Positions 25,226-39,773 of a stretch of DNA of 64,000 nucleotides are shown here, in pieces. The notes under the pieces were generated by a model. That model had not been told where the DNA came from, did not search any database, and saw only the letters and a program-made list of their open reading frames with translations. The stretch comes from Octopus sinensis (taxonomy: Eukaryota). The position numbers and the translations under genes are program-made. Every line of letters starts with the position of its first letter. Positions within the stretch are counted from its first letter, which is position 1. The DNA lies in the NCBI RefSeq assembly GCF_006345805.1, contig NW_021834231.1, positions 1 through 64,000 of the forward strand. The letters run 5' to 3'.

Positions 25226-27102
25226 TATAACTTGACTAAGGACAGAATTTATTACAGCAAGATTTGCTCATGAAATAATAGTAGTTTAGAGCTTACTTCG
25301 AATAGTTTTAACATAACATCAATGCGTTAGATTTGTTTTTATCGCGTCCTATTTGCAGTGCTTTTAACTAACTTTGAAAATTACAAATGAAGAAGATAAA
25401 CAGATACATTTTTGACAGATTAAGAATATTTTCATTAAAAACACTCGTCGTTGCCCCACTTAATTAATAGGTAACTGAATATGTAGATGTTTGTTGTTGA
25501 AGCGGGCCATGTCAGGTTTATATCAGGTAGATTCATGCTGAAAGGTATTCCAGAATAATTATCGCGTATTCTGGGATATCTAAAACTGCTTAATAAGACC
25601 ATTTTAAAAATATTGAGAAGTAATATTTCGGGGAAATGTGGTGATATATCATGAAGGTTTTAGCATCTCTAGTTAGCTTTTGACGAAACGTGTTGTTGGC
25701 GTCGATTGTTAAATGTTTCAAAATACGTCGGAAATTGACTGTTAGAGCTACTTTAACGGATATCCGAGTCATATTACGTTATTTTGAATTCTAAGAGTGG
25801 ATTAGATGTCTATACACAAGATTTTTAAAAATTTCTAAGACACCCCACACACACAGTCTCTCTCTCATACACACAGCCTTACACATACACATATTCATAT
25901 ATACTGTGCAATACATATAAAGATAGTATGTACCTAGAATATTATTAAGTGCTTGCGTTTATCATTGTATACTGTATATCATCATAATGCATTCTAGGGG
26001 GAATTTACAGTAAGCAGGCCGATAATTCAAGAAATGGTTTGTTTAGTTTGTGATTCTTGCTAATTGATATTTATTTGTCATGATTCATAAGTTTAAAAAA
26101 ATGTTAATATCCTTCTTTGTTTGGGTATGATCATTTGATATTATTTAAATATTATTAATGCGCCGGTAGCATTTTGCGGTTTGTGATCTTTCAGATAAAG
26201 AATAAATTAGCAATGCTGTTTTAGCTAATATTGAATTCGTTTCAATTACAACAATTTAAATATGAAAGGAGAAATAATAAAAAAAAAAGCAACTGAGACC
26301 GCTCTTTCAGAAGTGCTTGTGTGATTGGTGGATTGTATGTTAAAGGCATTGTAAGAGACTTCTATGGATAATTTATTTGTGTGTCACTGAATGCAACCGT
26401 AGTTAGGGGATTAATACCGTTTAATGATAAAATAAATTTCTCTTCTATCAACATTAATAGGATTCATGGATTTCTTTGAATTATGCTCTGTAAATAGAAT
26501 CCTGTATTTAAAAGGAAGATGCGTACTTGTGTATAAGTTAATGCTTATGTGGCAATGTGCGTGGACGGTTTTATTTATGATCAGACATAGGCGTTGTTTC
26601 TTTTCATTTTATTGTATCGGTGTATCTCATAAATCTTATATATGATGTATCTCCATATATCTCTATGGATTTTTACTTTGAAATGTTACATACATAATTA
26701 CTTCTACTGTTAATAATCAACAAGGAGAGAGAAAGCAGCATAAAGTACATATTTCAAATTACCCCAATGAAACTAATTACGGATTAATAACATCACCATA
26801 ACAATAAGTGGGCACTGCCCTTAAGTTCAATAAAACGTGTTACCGCCTGTTTTTTTTTTATCAGTATATAAATATTTATCGTTTTGTCGTTGTGTTTAAC
26901 CATCGAAACACATTTTATCTACTTGCATCTTATAATTATATTATTTATCGTTGAGTATCATTTTGTTCGTCACACTCTACGACCTGGCATACTCTCGTCC
27001 TCAGCGCCAATCTATGAAATAGATTATCATTGGAGAGTTACTGACTATATGATGAACACATTGCAGACTTAATCATGTATCAATATTATTTCAAAAGCCA
27101 AA

Positions 27103-28052
27103 GCGGCGAGCTGGCAGAAACGTTAGCACGCCGGGCGAAATGCTTAGCGGTATTTCGTCTGCCGCTACGTTCTGAGTTCAAATTCCGCCGAGGTCGACTT
27201 TTATCCTTACGGGATCGATAAATTAAGTACTAGTTACGCACTGGGGTCGATGTAATCGACTTAATCAGTTTGTCTGTCCTTGTTTGTCCTCTCTGTGTTT
27301 AGTCCCTTGTGGGTAGTAAAGAAATAGGTCTTTCGTCTGCCGCTACGTTCTGAGTTCGAATTCCGCCGAGGTTGACTTTGCCTTTCATCCTTTCGATAAA
27401 TTAAGTACCAGTTACGCACTGGGGTCGATATAATCGTCTTAATCCATTTGTCTGTCCTTGTTTGTCCTCTCTGTGTTTAGCCCCTTGTGGGTGGTAAAGA
27501 AATAGGTATTTCGTCTGCCGTTACGTTCTGAGTTCAAATTCCGCCGAGGTCGACTTTGCTTTTCATCCTTTCCGGGTCGAAAATTAAGTAACAGTTACAC
27601 ACTGGGGTTTATGTAATCCACTTAATCCCTTTGTCTGTCTTTGTTTGTCCCCTGTATGTTTAGCCCCTTGTGGGTAGTAAAGAAATAGGTATTTCGTCTG
27701 TCTTTACGTTCTGAGTTCGAATTCCGCCGAGGTCGACTTGCCTTTCATCCTTTCGATAAATTAAGTACCAGTTACGCACTGAGGTCGATATAATCGACTT
27801 AATCCGTTTGTCTGTCCTTGTTTGTCCTCTCTGTGTATAGCTCCTCGTGGGTAGTAAAGAATTAGGCATTTCGTCTCTCTTTACGTTCTGAGTTCTCTAC
27901 ATTTTGAGTTCAAATTCCGCCGAGGTCGACTTTGCCTTTGATTCTCCCGAGGTCTATAAAATAAGTACCAGTTGAGCACTGGGGTTGATGTAATCGACTT
28001 ACCCCCACCCCCCAAAATCATAGACTTTGAGCCAAAGTTTGAAACCAATATT
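27103..28052 (+). mobile_element. SINE-B array: one head, four Tx1-tailed units, last unit with the alternative tail
   Basis: Unit starts at 27149, 27327, 27505, 27688 and 27865, each of the last four following AAAGAA(A/T)TA. Confidence 0.88.
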
Positions 28053-28618
28053 TCTTAGTTATCAGACGACAATTGTTAACGCACAGAATGTTTAGTACCG
28101 TTTCTTCCGAATTTGTGTTCTGTGTTGCCGGGATCGTCTTTGCTATCTATGCTTTCGAAGTGGATAAAATAAGGGCCAGTAAGGACGATGTAATCAACTT
28201 AACCCTTTCCAAAATTTGCTGACCTTATGACAAAATTTGAAACTATTACAACCCAAATATGCTGCAATAGTTTTAGTTCCATCACTCGATACAGAACAAA
28301 TTGTTTGTCAGACTAGCGTAAATTTATGAAGATATATATTCTGATTCTTGGCTTATAATTAATATATAGATAGCATGTTTATCTTTCCATTTTTCCATAA
28401 GTAAATGATCTTGGCAGTCTTTATAGAAACCACCTAATAAGTAATTAAGTAAGTACATGAATGAATATTAATGATTCTATGTAATCTTTCCTTTTTAACG
28501 TTGAAAATTGATATACATACACATTTTACCTATTTTGGTTATGATATCATTTTTGATAATCTTAAATTTTATCTTTATGTAACATAAGAATATCGTATAT
28601 AAACAATCACCTATAGTA

Positions 28619-29020
28619 GGCGCAGGAGTGGCTGTGTGGTAAGTAACTTGCTAACCAACCACATGGTTCCGGGTTCAGTCCCACTGCGTGGCATCTTGGG
28701 CAAGTGTCTTCTGCTATAGCCCCGGGCCGACCAATGTCTTGTGAGTGGATTTGGTAGACGGAAACTGAAAGAAGCCTGTCGTATATATGTATATATATAT
28801 ATGTATGTGTGTTTGTGTGTGTGTTTGTCCCCCTAGCATTGCTTGACAACCGATGCTGGTGTGTTTACGTCCCCGTCACTTAGCGGTTCGGCAAAAAGAG
28901 ACCGATAGAATAAGTACTGGGCTTACAAAGAATACGTCCCGGGGTCGATTTGCTCGACTAAAGGCGGTGCTCCAGCATGGCCGCAGTCAAATGACTGAAA
29001 CAAGTAAAAGAGTAAAAGAG
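28619..29020 (+). mobile_element. SINE family A, full length, near consensus
   Basis: GGCGCAGGAGTGGCTGTGTGGTAAG...CAAGTAAAAGAGTAAAAGAG. Confidence 0.88.
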
Positions 29021-29558
29021 TACCCCATGATAAAATTTCCACTGTATTTACATCATAGATTTTATTATTGTAATTAACATCATGATTTAGGGAATTTCTC
29101 CACACAGCCTCCTTTATACCCAATTTACTACTCCTAATATCTTGACAATATTTATGACCATACCTAACCACGAGCTGTCAATTCACTCTTGCCCTTCATT
29201 CCAAACAGCCACAGTCTTCTAGTCTTAGATTTAGTAGTTGATAAAAAGACAAATAAATTAGAAATGAACCACAATGATTTACAAGATATGACACCAGTAG
29301 GCTTCATGCCTTTCTTCGAAGTGTAGTATATTCTTAGCTACAATAGTGACGACATGGGTTTCTTCTATCTTCTTGCTCTGTTAAAGTATTTGAGTAAAAT
29401 TGTATTGTGTCCGACTGATTAAAATTCTACTTATTTGTGCAACGGATGATAGCCCTGCATTTAAATTGATGTAATGATTGCATTATTCAATTAAATGCAG
29501 CCACTTGAAACGGTCGTACTGCATCACTTCTTGATATCATGTTGCTTGTTTTGATTAT

Positions 29559-29605
<47 letters not shown>

Positions 29606-30089
29606 AAAGAGAGAGAGAGAGCGCGCTGTATTTGCTACCCAACCACATAATCCTGGGTTCAAACTGTGTGGTACCCTCTACTTTATCCTCAAACCGATCA
29701 AAGACTTGTGAGTGGATTTGTTAGAAAGAAACTGAAAGAGGCCCGTGATACATATATTTATGCGTGTGGGTGTGTGAATATGATGGATTCTCTCATCGTG
29801 AACGACAAAGGAGTGTTTAGTAAAATAAAGCGATAATCATGTTTTTTGGATGGACGCAAATGGTCTCTTGAGGTCTGCTGGTGCCTTGCAAACCTTTTGG
29901 CAAATGAAACAAGTTGAGGACTCAATTTACTCGAGTACTTGTGGATCATTTACTCTGTGTTTTGTTAAGTGGGCGGCAAATCATGCTTTGCTTCGTACTA
30001 CAAAAACCACAGTGACGGGTAAGGCTTCCATTTAGATGAGCAGCGTTTTGCCAGAGTGCCTTCATACTATCACAAAGTTGGTTCCGATG

Positions 30090-31075
30090 CTGGAGTCGAC
30101 TTTACTCAGGTCTTTGAACTGAGGAGAAGCAAGACTGGCGCCAGATCCTGCGTTGTTATGCTTTGTTTTCCCAGGAAGAAAAGTGAATGTTTTGTATCGA
30201 TTCAGATTGTCTTTTCGTTTGTCTTTGAAGCGCAAGCGTGGTCTTCCAACTGAACTTTCCTATTAGAAGTAGCCAAAGAGAATTAACTTCAAAACTCTGG
30301 TATCACTCATACGCGAGAGATGGCCTGACCATCTAAGCGGTATTTTGATCAGGATGGCTTCAAAACCTGATATGGTGCATCTTGTTAGCACCTCACTATT
30401 ACGAATATGATCACTAGGTTTTATTTCGGAGATAGTCCGCAAGAATCGCTTATGTAAAGCGTCAAGTTTATTGATGTGCTTCTGTTACAGAGACCAAGAC
30501 TCGGCACCATAAAGCAATAATGTCAAAACCACTGGCTTATATACATCGACTTCCATCTTCAACAATACGTCGTGGCTGTTTCAAAGCCTTTGATAAAGCT
30601 TACTGAAAGTCGAACTAGCCTTCCTGATTCTGATCTCGATTTCTTAATCCATCTTAGCATCATTGGACAACAAGGAACCAAGATAAGTGAAGAAGGAAAC
30701 AGCCTTCCCATCAACATATACAGAAGGGGCGACAGCGGGAGGATGGACTGAAAGAGAAGCTCAGTTTTCTTGACGCTGATAGTCAGAACAAAAGCCTTCG
30801 ATGCACGCGATAAGTTGTTTAGAATCCATTGCATGCTCTCAAGGGTGTGTGCTATAATTGCACAAACGTCTGCAAAGAACAAATCTCGAACTGTTTGCTC
30901 CAAAATCTTAGTTTTTGCTTTGAAGCGTGGTTGGTCGAAAAAGCATCTACCTGTTCTGTATTCCAACTTTCTTCTTTAAAACCCTCGGACGCTGTTACCA
31001 ACATGAGAAATACAAAGCAAGTAAGAACGGCGCAAGAACACAGTCTTGTTTTGTCGCATTTGAGATTGATCTAAC
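30090..31075 (-). pseudogene. RTE-clade LINE RT/3' remnant
   Basis: DLFFADVCAIIAH, LTISVKKTE, EIEIRIRKAS, LLYGAESW, LRWSGHLSRM, GRPRLRFKD. Confidence 0.8.
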
Positions 31076-31692
31076 AGAAGCCATTATCCCTCGATAGGAA
31101 GAAGTGATGTCATGTATGTCAGGTCATTCTCGAGCGCTACTGGTAACATGTAACCCACCGACGACCCAGCTTAATCACCGAAGACCCACTTTCGTCTCGG
31201 ACGATACTATTTAGTCCCCTACGACCCGATTTAGTCACCGACGACCCATTTAGTCGCCAACTGTTGCATGGTCGAATCATCGGCGACTAAACTGCTTACT
31301 ACACCAACCTTGCTTGGTAAGGAGGGTGATCCTTAGACACTCTGCGGAACTCAGGTAAGATAAGCTTGACTCAGTGCATGAGGAGTCTGACCTTTTTAAG
31401 TTACAGGTACTGTCCATATAATTGGTTTTTACGTAATTTCTCTGTACATAATTTCACTCGCAATGTTTTGTTAAGACTACCTGTCGTAGTAAATGGCACT
31501 AACACACGATAACAAACAACGGGATTAAATCTATGACCTAACTCTAGTACATAAGCTTCTTACACATTCGCTCATATCTGCTCTAAACACTCTTAGATGC
31601 ATTAATCTCTACATATATAGTACCTACCTACCAACCTGCCAACATGCATAAATGCATACATATATACATGTAAAACTTAGTGAATAAAATAA

Positions 31693-31884
31693 TATTGCAA
31701 AATTCCGGTTTCTTTTGGGTATCTTCTCGTACGTGCATACGCAAGTACGTTTGTGTGTATGGCTATATGTAAGTATGGATACACGAAGCACATGGTGTAC
31801 CCATACATACATATATCCATACACAGACATACTTGCGTATGTACGTACGAGAAGATACCCAAAAGAAACCGGAATTTTGCAATA
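31693..31884. repeat. 192-bp palindrome built from two outward-facing mariner-type TIRs plus duplicated flank
   Basis: Outer arms 42/42 identical; inner arms of about 50 bp with 6 mismatches and a 2-bp indel; 10-bp spacer. Confidence 0.92.
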
Positions 31885-32760
31885 GGGGGAATTACAATCG
31901 TGTTTTGTGGTCTCCTACCACAACAGCTCCTTTATAGGATCCAGTTAGCTCAAGACATCACCAGGAGGAACCACGTCCGGTTTCGGCCCCTACTCCTCTA
32001 CCGTTTTACATGTTTACACTTTTATCACCTTCAAATTATTCTCCATTTAAAGCAACGCATCGATCCAGGCGCATTTTCCACTATTCGAAACAGTGCTGGA
32101 ACTCTCGAGAAGTGATGCCTTTTAGCGCCTCCGTCGTATTTTTGTTTCACTTCTTCCACATTTGTTTCATTTCATAGCACCAGTTTTCATCTCCAGTGAT
32201 GACCTTTGATAAAAGGTCTAGATTAACTTCCGACTGTTCGATCAGTTCACGACACGCATTCATTCGTGACTGATTTTGATCTTCCGTGAAAAAACGAGGT
32301 AACATTTCAAGGTAACTATTTTCATTCGCAATTCCTTGCCCAAAATTTGTTGGCAGAGTTCCAGGACACACCAGTCATATCAACATGTTCGTCAATTTTT
32401 CGATGATGGGCCCCCAACATCAGTTCATTAATTTTCATGATATAATCCTTCATTCGGGAAGTCGACGGTCGCCCTTAACGAGGTTGGTTTTCAAACGACA
32501 AATGAGAAAATCCCTAAAGCGTGAAAACCCCTTGTAAATTTATGTTTTGCTCATTGCAGTATCCTTGTAAGCTTTGTGTGACATGACAACTGTCTCGGTC
32601 GCCATATTACCTAGCAGAAAAGGGCATTTCACAGAGGCACGCTGTTCCTTTGCTTCATCCATTGCAAAAGTTGACGAACAGAGGAGAAGCCCTGCTAAAC
32701 AAAGATGCATCACGTGGCAGTATGGCCGCATTGAGCAAAGCCGGTCGGCAGATTGATGCC
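31847..32760 (-). mobile_element. Internally deleted mariner transposon remnant
   Basis: MDEAKEQRASVK..LLG..ATETVVM, LPRFFTEDQ..SRMNACREL...VITGDENW, EFQHCFE*WKMRLDRCVALNGEY; TIR-like TACGAGAAGATACCCAAAAG. Confidence 0.75.
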
Positions 32761-33112
32761 TGAGGATCGCATCAAGTGGCTTCTACTCACACTGCTTTGT
32801 GTACATACATATAGACGTACATAGATCTTGAGAATTAGTACCCACTACATTTTTAATATTATACTTTTGAAATCAAAGAACAAGTTATATCGAAATAGTT
32901 CTTACTGAACATAGGAAACTGTGTAATTTAAAACCATTACTATGAGACCAAAATTATCGAATGCTTCACATATTTGAGGTGGGGCTACAATTTCTTATAG
33001 GTAGCTTCGGCACCAAAAATTACCATTTTGTAAAGCATGACCTTATAAGTAAACAATGTATGATACAGTGCTTGTGAAGGGCTACCATGGAATAAAATCA
33101 AAATATAATAAT

Positions 33113-33333
33113 AATTGCAGCGTGGAAGGTGTTTATAAGTCATTTAAGAAGTACACAAAAGCCGTTAGATTCACTTCAACATTTAAATTTAATTTGTCAA
33201 AATGTTTTCGTCGCTTTGAGTCTGCGACCTATTCACTGACAAAACTTCGTGCTGCAAATTTAAATGTTGAAGTGACTCTAGCGGTTTTTGTGTGCTTCTT
33301 AAATGGCTTATAAGCACCTTCCACGCTGCAATT
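33113..33333. repeat. Inverted repeat, 78-bp arms with 65-bp spacer (probably inverted ends of a Penelope-like element)
   Basis: AATTGCAGCGTGGAAGGTG...CAACATTTAAATTT versus its reverse complement at 33256-33333, few mismatches. Confidence 0.85.
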
Positions 33334-33581
33334 GTTTTCATTCCAGCACACGATCTCAGATCAAGTCACTCGCTATGCAAGTACATCTCCGTAATATAAT
33401 AATATTATATTCATATATTCTAACATTCAACAGACAAATGAAGAAGCAAACCTAATCTAAGTACATGGGTCAGAATGTTAAAATCCAGAAATATTGTTCT
33501 TTTATGGAGATCAGTAGCAAATACAGATGAACATATCCTTGAGATGTATAAAAAAAACAAAAGAACCCACATTTATTCACG

Positions 33582-34075
<494 letters not shown>

Positions 34076-35101
34076 TGTAAATACAGTAAATAATGTACAT
34101 AATTCCCTATCTCTTAAATATAGAAATGAAAAAAAAAACGTACATTTGGGCAAATTGTGCATCTATCTGATAAAGTTGCATTAATATTCTTAAGCATTAA
34201 TGCACTTGGTTAACATAATAATAGTTTGTGTTCTTAAAACGTAAGATATATGATAGAATATGCAACGTTATATGTATTCTGATTTGAAAATTCACTCTTT
34301 CAACAGAACAGAGGAAGAATGCAAGACTTTATTAGATTATATAAAATATGTTTTTATTATGTACATTTAATCTACAGAGGTTTCTTGCTTTGTTGGAAAC
34401 TGAGAAGAATATGAAAAATCTGAACAAAACAGAAAAATCCTTGAATAGGAAATTCTTTAACCGAAAACCCTATTACTAACGAGCCATGAGCAGATATATG
34501 TCTGTCAGTAACCCATAAGGTATATGGCGAGGGCGAACAGAAGAAGCACTTCTGTATTATTAAGCAACTGTAAAGGATAAATGAAGATATTTTCACCTTA
34601 GATCAAGAAAGAAAATAAGAAGAATGATTTTTAACAATGAAGTACTGCGTCTGAATACAATAAAGTAACGTGATAGAGTTGAAGAGTGATACGATATTTT
34701 ACAGAATGGGAATCACGTGTATGCTTAAAAGAACTCTGGAAAACCAAATTATCAAACTGCTTTGTTATAACACACAATTTTTAACCGCTGCTCATGACAG
34801 CAACTTGCTAGGAAAATATAGACGTATTGCTTCAGGGGATAAACTTTTGAATCTAGATATCTATAGGAATGAAGTAATTAATCAAATATTTTTACCGAAA
34901 TGGAGAAAATAGATTACACATTTATAAGATTATTATATATCAACTTGTTAACTGAAGTTCATTGCGGAATGTATCACCGTGTTAGTAATCAACAGAAACT
35001 AGAATCTAAACATAAATATATACAGAAATATTATATAAATACATACATATATAAACACATATATACATACACACACAGACACAGACACACACATATGTAT
35101 G

Positions 35102-35151
<50 letters not shown>

Positions 35152-35489
35152 CTCTTCTACTGAAGAAGATATATCCTTTATAGGGATTAATTCCGAAATT
35201 GATTCAATATAGAGATAACGAAATTTAAATTTTCTAAAGGTTAGTTGCCCGCTTTCAGTTCAATTTTCCTGAAACATGTGGATTATAAGTGGATAAATCA
35301 GTGTATTGGCTATAGAATGACCTTCTTTAGCCCTTAATTATAAGATGTTTATACTTCAACCGTAAAGGTTTTTTTTAATATACTGCCACGCCTTTTCATA
35401 GAATCCTTTTCTGTAGAGAAAGGGACTTCATCCTATATTGTTAGTATATATATATATATACATATAGCAGTGTAAAATCACTACTGAAG

Positions 35490-36005
35490 CGATATTTCAG
35501 GAAGATGAAGAACACTTGGTGGGAGTATCTTGCTCGTGATATTCAGGCTGCTGCTGATGCAAATGACAGCAAGAAGCTTTACCATCTTATGAAGCAAGTT
35601 TATGGGTCTAAGTTGTAAATGAAACGTTGCTTGACATTATGCTCCTTAAATTCCACGCCTTCAATAGATGAAGTAATGACATCAATAAGTAAATATATCT
35701 TGGTAGGGCACCTGGAAAGGATGGAATCTGTGCTGAGATCTTGCGATTTTGGTGGTGATTACATCATACAGTCCTTTCATGAACTCAATAGTGTAGTGCG
35801 AAGGTATGGTGCAATACCTAAAGACTGGAAGGATGCAATTATTATTCCTCTCTATAAAGGAAAAGGAGCCAGAACAATGTGTGGTAACAGAAGTATTGCT
35901 CTACTATCAGCTGCTGGCAAGGTTCTGGCAAATATTATTCTTAACTGCCTGAATGGGTGTCTCGTAAGTGATGTCCTATCTGAATCTCAACGTGGTTTCT
36001 TCATG
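35490..36005 (+). pseudogene. RTE-clade LINE fragment (pre-RT and start of RT)
   Basis: IQAAADANDSKKLY, IPKDWKDAIIIPLYKGKG, SIALLSAAGKVLA, LSESQRGF. Confidence 0.75.
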
Positions 36006-36084
36006 TAAATTTGTTAGCGTAAATTTGATCCGTTTTCTTCGCCTAGATTCACCTAGACAAAATTATGTATGTTGCTACATCAGT

Positions 36085-36465
36085 GCTGTGTGATAAGAAA
36101 TTGCTTCCTGCTTCCCAACCACATGGTCCCGAGTTCAGTTCCACTGCGTGGCACCTTGGTCGAGTGTTTTCTACTATCGTCTTGGGCCGACCAAAGTCTT
36201 GTGAGTGAATTTGGTAGACGGAAACTGAAAGAAGCCCGTCGTGTGTATGTGTTTTGTGCATTTATGTCTGTGCCGCTCCATCACCGCTTGACAACCGGCG
36301 CTGGCGGATTTATGTTCTCCGTAACATAGCGGTTCGGCGAAAGAAATCGACAGAATACTACTACGCTTTAAAAAATTTTGGAGTCAATTTTTTCGACTAA
36401 GTCTTGAAGGTGGTGCTCCACCATGGCCGCAGTCAGATGATTAAAACAACTAGAAGAATTAAAGA
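36085..36465 (+). mobile_element. SINE family A, diverged
   Basis: Aligns to the family A body and tail. Confidence 0.75.
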
Positions 36466-36534
36466 ATGCACACACACATACACAGATATATATATATACA
36501 TATGTGTGTGTGTGTGTGTGCGTATGCATGTCTG

Positions 36535-36601
<67 letters not shown>

Positions 36602-36667
36602 CATACATACATACATATATACATATATATATACATATATATACACACATATATATATATATATATA

Positions 36668-37071
36668 TCTTTTATCTCTTTTACTTGTTTCAGTCATTTG
36701 ACTGCGGCCATACTGGAGCACCGCCTTTAATCGAGCAACTCGACCCCGGGACTTATTCTTTTGTAAGCCCAGTACTTATTCTATCGGTCTCTTTTGCCGA
36801 ACCGCTAAGTAACGGGGACATAAACACACCAGCATCGGTTGTCAAGCAATGCTAGGGGGACAAACACAGACACACAAACACACACACGCATATATATATA
36901 CATATATACGACGGGCTTCTTTCAGTTTCCGTCTACCAAATCCACTCACAAGGGTTTGATCGGCCCGAGGCTATAGTAGAAGACACTTGCCCAAGGTGCC
37001 ACGCAGTGGGACTGAACCCGGAACCATGTGGTTGGTAAACAAGCTACTTACCACACAGCCACTCCTTCGCC
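36668..37071 (-). mobile_element. SINE family A, full length
   Basis: Near-consensus copy, tail-to-tail with the previous one. Confidence 0.87.
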
Positions 37072-37121
37072 TATATTTTTTTTATTATTTAGTTTCAGCT
37101 CACAAGCTGTGGCCATGCTGG

Positions 37122-37190
<69 letters not shown>

Positions 37191-38985
37191 ATAAACATCT
37201 TATAAACAAAAGCAAAAAGAAAAAAATTCCATACATACACAGATGCAAACATGAAATGAGATGTAGGCATCAGTTACTCTCTGCCTAAAGTTGCTGTCAT
37301 CGTATTAGCGCACAACTGCAATATTTGTACTGATGAAGATTACTAAATCAAAACCGTATGTGTCTACTAAAATGATAGGGTAATATCAGAATGGGACTTT
37401 TAAATACTATTATTGCCTGTCAAAAGGAAATAAGTTCATTTCACAGACAGGTCTCGTGAAGAAGTGGGGAAAAAATACATGAAGATTTTAAATGCCATGC
37501 ATTTCGGAGAATGGTTATTATTTTTAAATCACTGACTGAAGCCTTTGAATGACAACATCCAACCCCGAAATCTTTAATATCAATGCATCATGATTTGACG
37601 CATGTTTTGTCTTTGACATCACAAATTGTATAGTGGACAATGACCGAATAAAAAACATAACTCAATAAGAAATAGCAAAAATAAAAAAAACAAACGGGAA
37701 TAAAAATGATAGATTTCGACCATAAGTGAATAATACAATAAGGAAGGATTATTTTCTTAATGTCAATACTGATTCACATTTTAACGATCCTGAAGCTTTT
37801 ACCGTGCTATGAATAAGCTACATAATGGAAAGGCACCAGTAAGGTTTGAATAATGACATGAGATATTAACGTTTTATAGAATGAGAATCACTTGTGTATA
37901 GAAATCAAAGTTGACATAACAATTTGGCGTGGCGTAGTACGGAAAAAGGTTTTAGGTGCTCAAGACATCGACTTGTCAGAAATGTATGGTCGTATTGACT
38001 GATTTATAAAATTGTGCCTCTGTCTCTGTCAATACTACCAAGACTAATGTGAACCCGATGCAGTAGTGACTGGTAAGTAAACTGTTCTGAAATACATTGT
38101 ATGAGAGCGTGCAGAACAAGTTTTATTTAATATGTGTTCTCTGAATTTTAAAAAAACACCTTAGAATCTTTGTAATCTTTTTATTACGAAAAAGGTGTTG
38201 TTGAAATCCTCACCCTCGTAACTGGAAGCAAAAATAAGGTCCTTGATGTTATATATCTTTAGGTGGGAATATTTTAGAAAAAGAATTTACGCTACAGTTT
38301 ATTTTGGCTCTAATTTTGTTTAGAAAAAAAATATAAACCGGAATTCTATAACGCTTCAACTCACACATGTATATAACCTATTTGATTACTAACATTTATT
38401 TACAATGCCAGCGATTCTCACAAATAAGACACATTTAATAACAGCGATTCCAGATCACATAGAAAAAGGAATTTGGCACAAGAAACATTTGTACGAGGTG
38501 TAAAACAAGAGAAAAACGGCTTTAATTGAAAAACATCGGCATTAATGTCAAGATCAGCTTATGAGAAAATTTGTTCAAATTTAGAGATAGAGAAAATTTG
38601 TGTACGACCTGCATCGAGGTTTAAAGGTTTTGTGTTAAAAGTATAAATTTTTCCCTTTGTAACAAAAGTCGTTGTTTATGTTAGTAAGTGTTGAAATACT
38701 AACGAGGAAAAGATGTCATGTTTGCTAACGGAGAAAATGTCTAAAGTTTGTCGCAGCGTATTTGATCTTTCGATAAAACAGCTGGGAAATACTATCCTAC
38801 GATTCAAATGATGTAGCATAACACTAGAAGTATCTTTTAAAAGAGAAAATAATATATTCAAGACACAAGTTTATTCCTGCATTTATGACTATATATACAT
38901 ATGCATACATGTGCGTATATGTATCTATGCATGTATGGATATATCTCTGTTTTATCTGTCTACGTATATGTATGTATATGCATAC

Positions 38986-39026
<41 letters not shown>

Positions 39027-39374
39027 GCCTTTGCACAGCTTCTAACGCCGGAGATGTACTACAGTGTCAGCTGTTCACTACCAGTGAACTAAGGTAACAC
39101 CTCTTATTTTTTTAGCCCTTTCCGGAGTATTCGAGTGGTCCCAAGCAGTGCTGTTTCCTGCAAGTGCTCCACCCTTATTGCAGCCCCTATTTGTTCCATA
39201 TACTTCTCGAGATTTTTGCTCACTGTTCCCAGGACTCCGACAATTATTGGTAATAGTAGTAGTAGTAGTAGTACAACTACTACTACTACTACTACAACAA
39301 CCACTACTACTACTACAACTACACTACTACTACTACTACTACAACTACCACTACTACTATCATTATTATTATTA

Positions 39375-39408
<34 letters not shown>

Positions 39409-39742
39409 GCCTTTGCACAGCTTCTAACGCCGGAGATGTACTACAGTGTCAGCTGTTCACTACCAGTGAACTAAGGTAACACCTCTTATTTTTTTAGCCC
39501 TTTCCGGAGTATTCGAGTGGTCCCAAGCAGTGCTGTTTCCTGCAAGTGCTCCACCCTTATTGCAGCCCCTATTTGTTCCATATACTTCTCGAGATTTTTG
39601 CTCACTGTTCCCAGGACTCCGACAATTATTGGTAATAGTAGTAGTAGTAGTAGTACAACTACTACTACTACTACTACAACAACCACTACTACTACTACTA
39701 CAACTACCACTACTACTACTACTACAACTACCACTACTACTA

Positions 39743-39773
<31 letters not shown>

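Noticed and set aside
27103-28052. CRISPR-like or satellite array
   Set aside because: Units are whole SINE bodies without unique spacers, and the context is eukaryotic
28619-28700. tRNA gene
   Set aside because: The tRNA-like head continues into the SINE body in many diverged copies; no complete cloverleaf
36085-37071. 1-kb inverted repeat
   Set aside because: Two independent SINE-A copies of different divergence in opposite orientation
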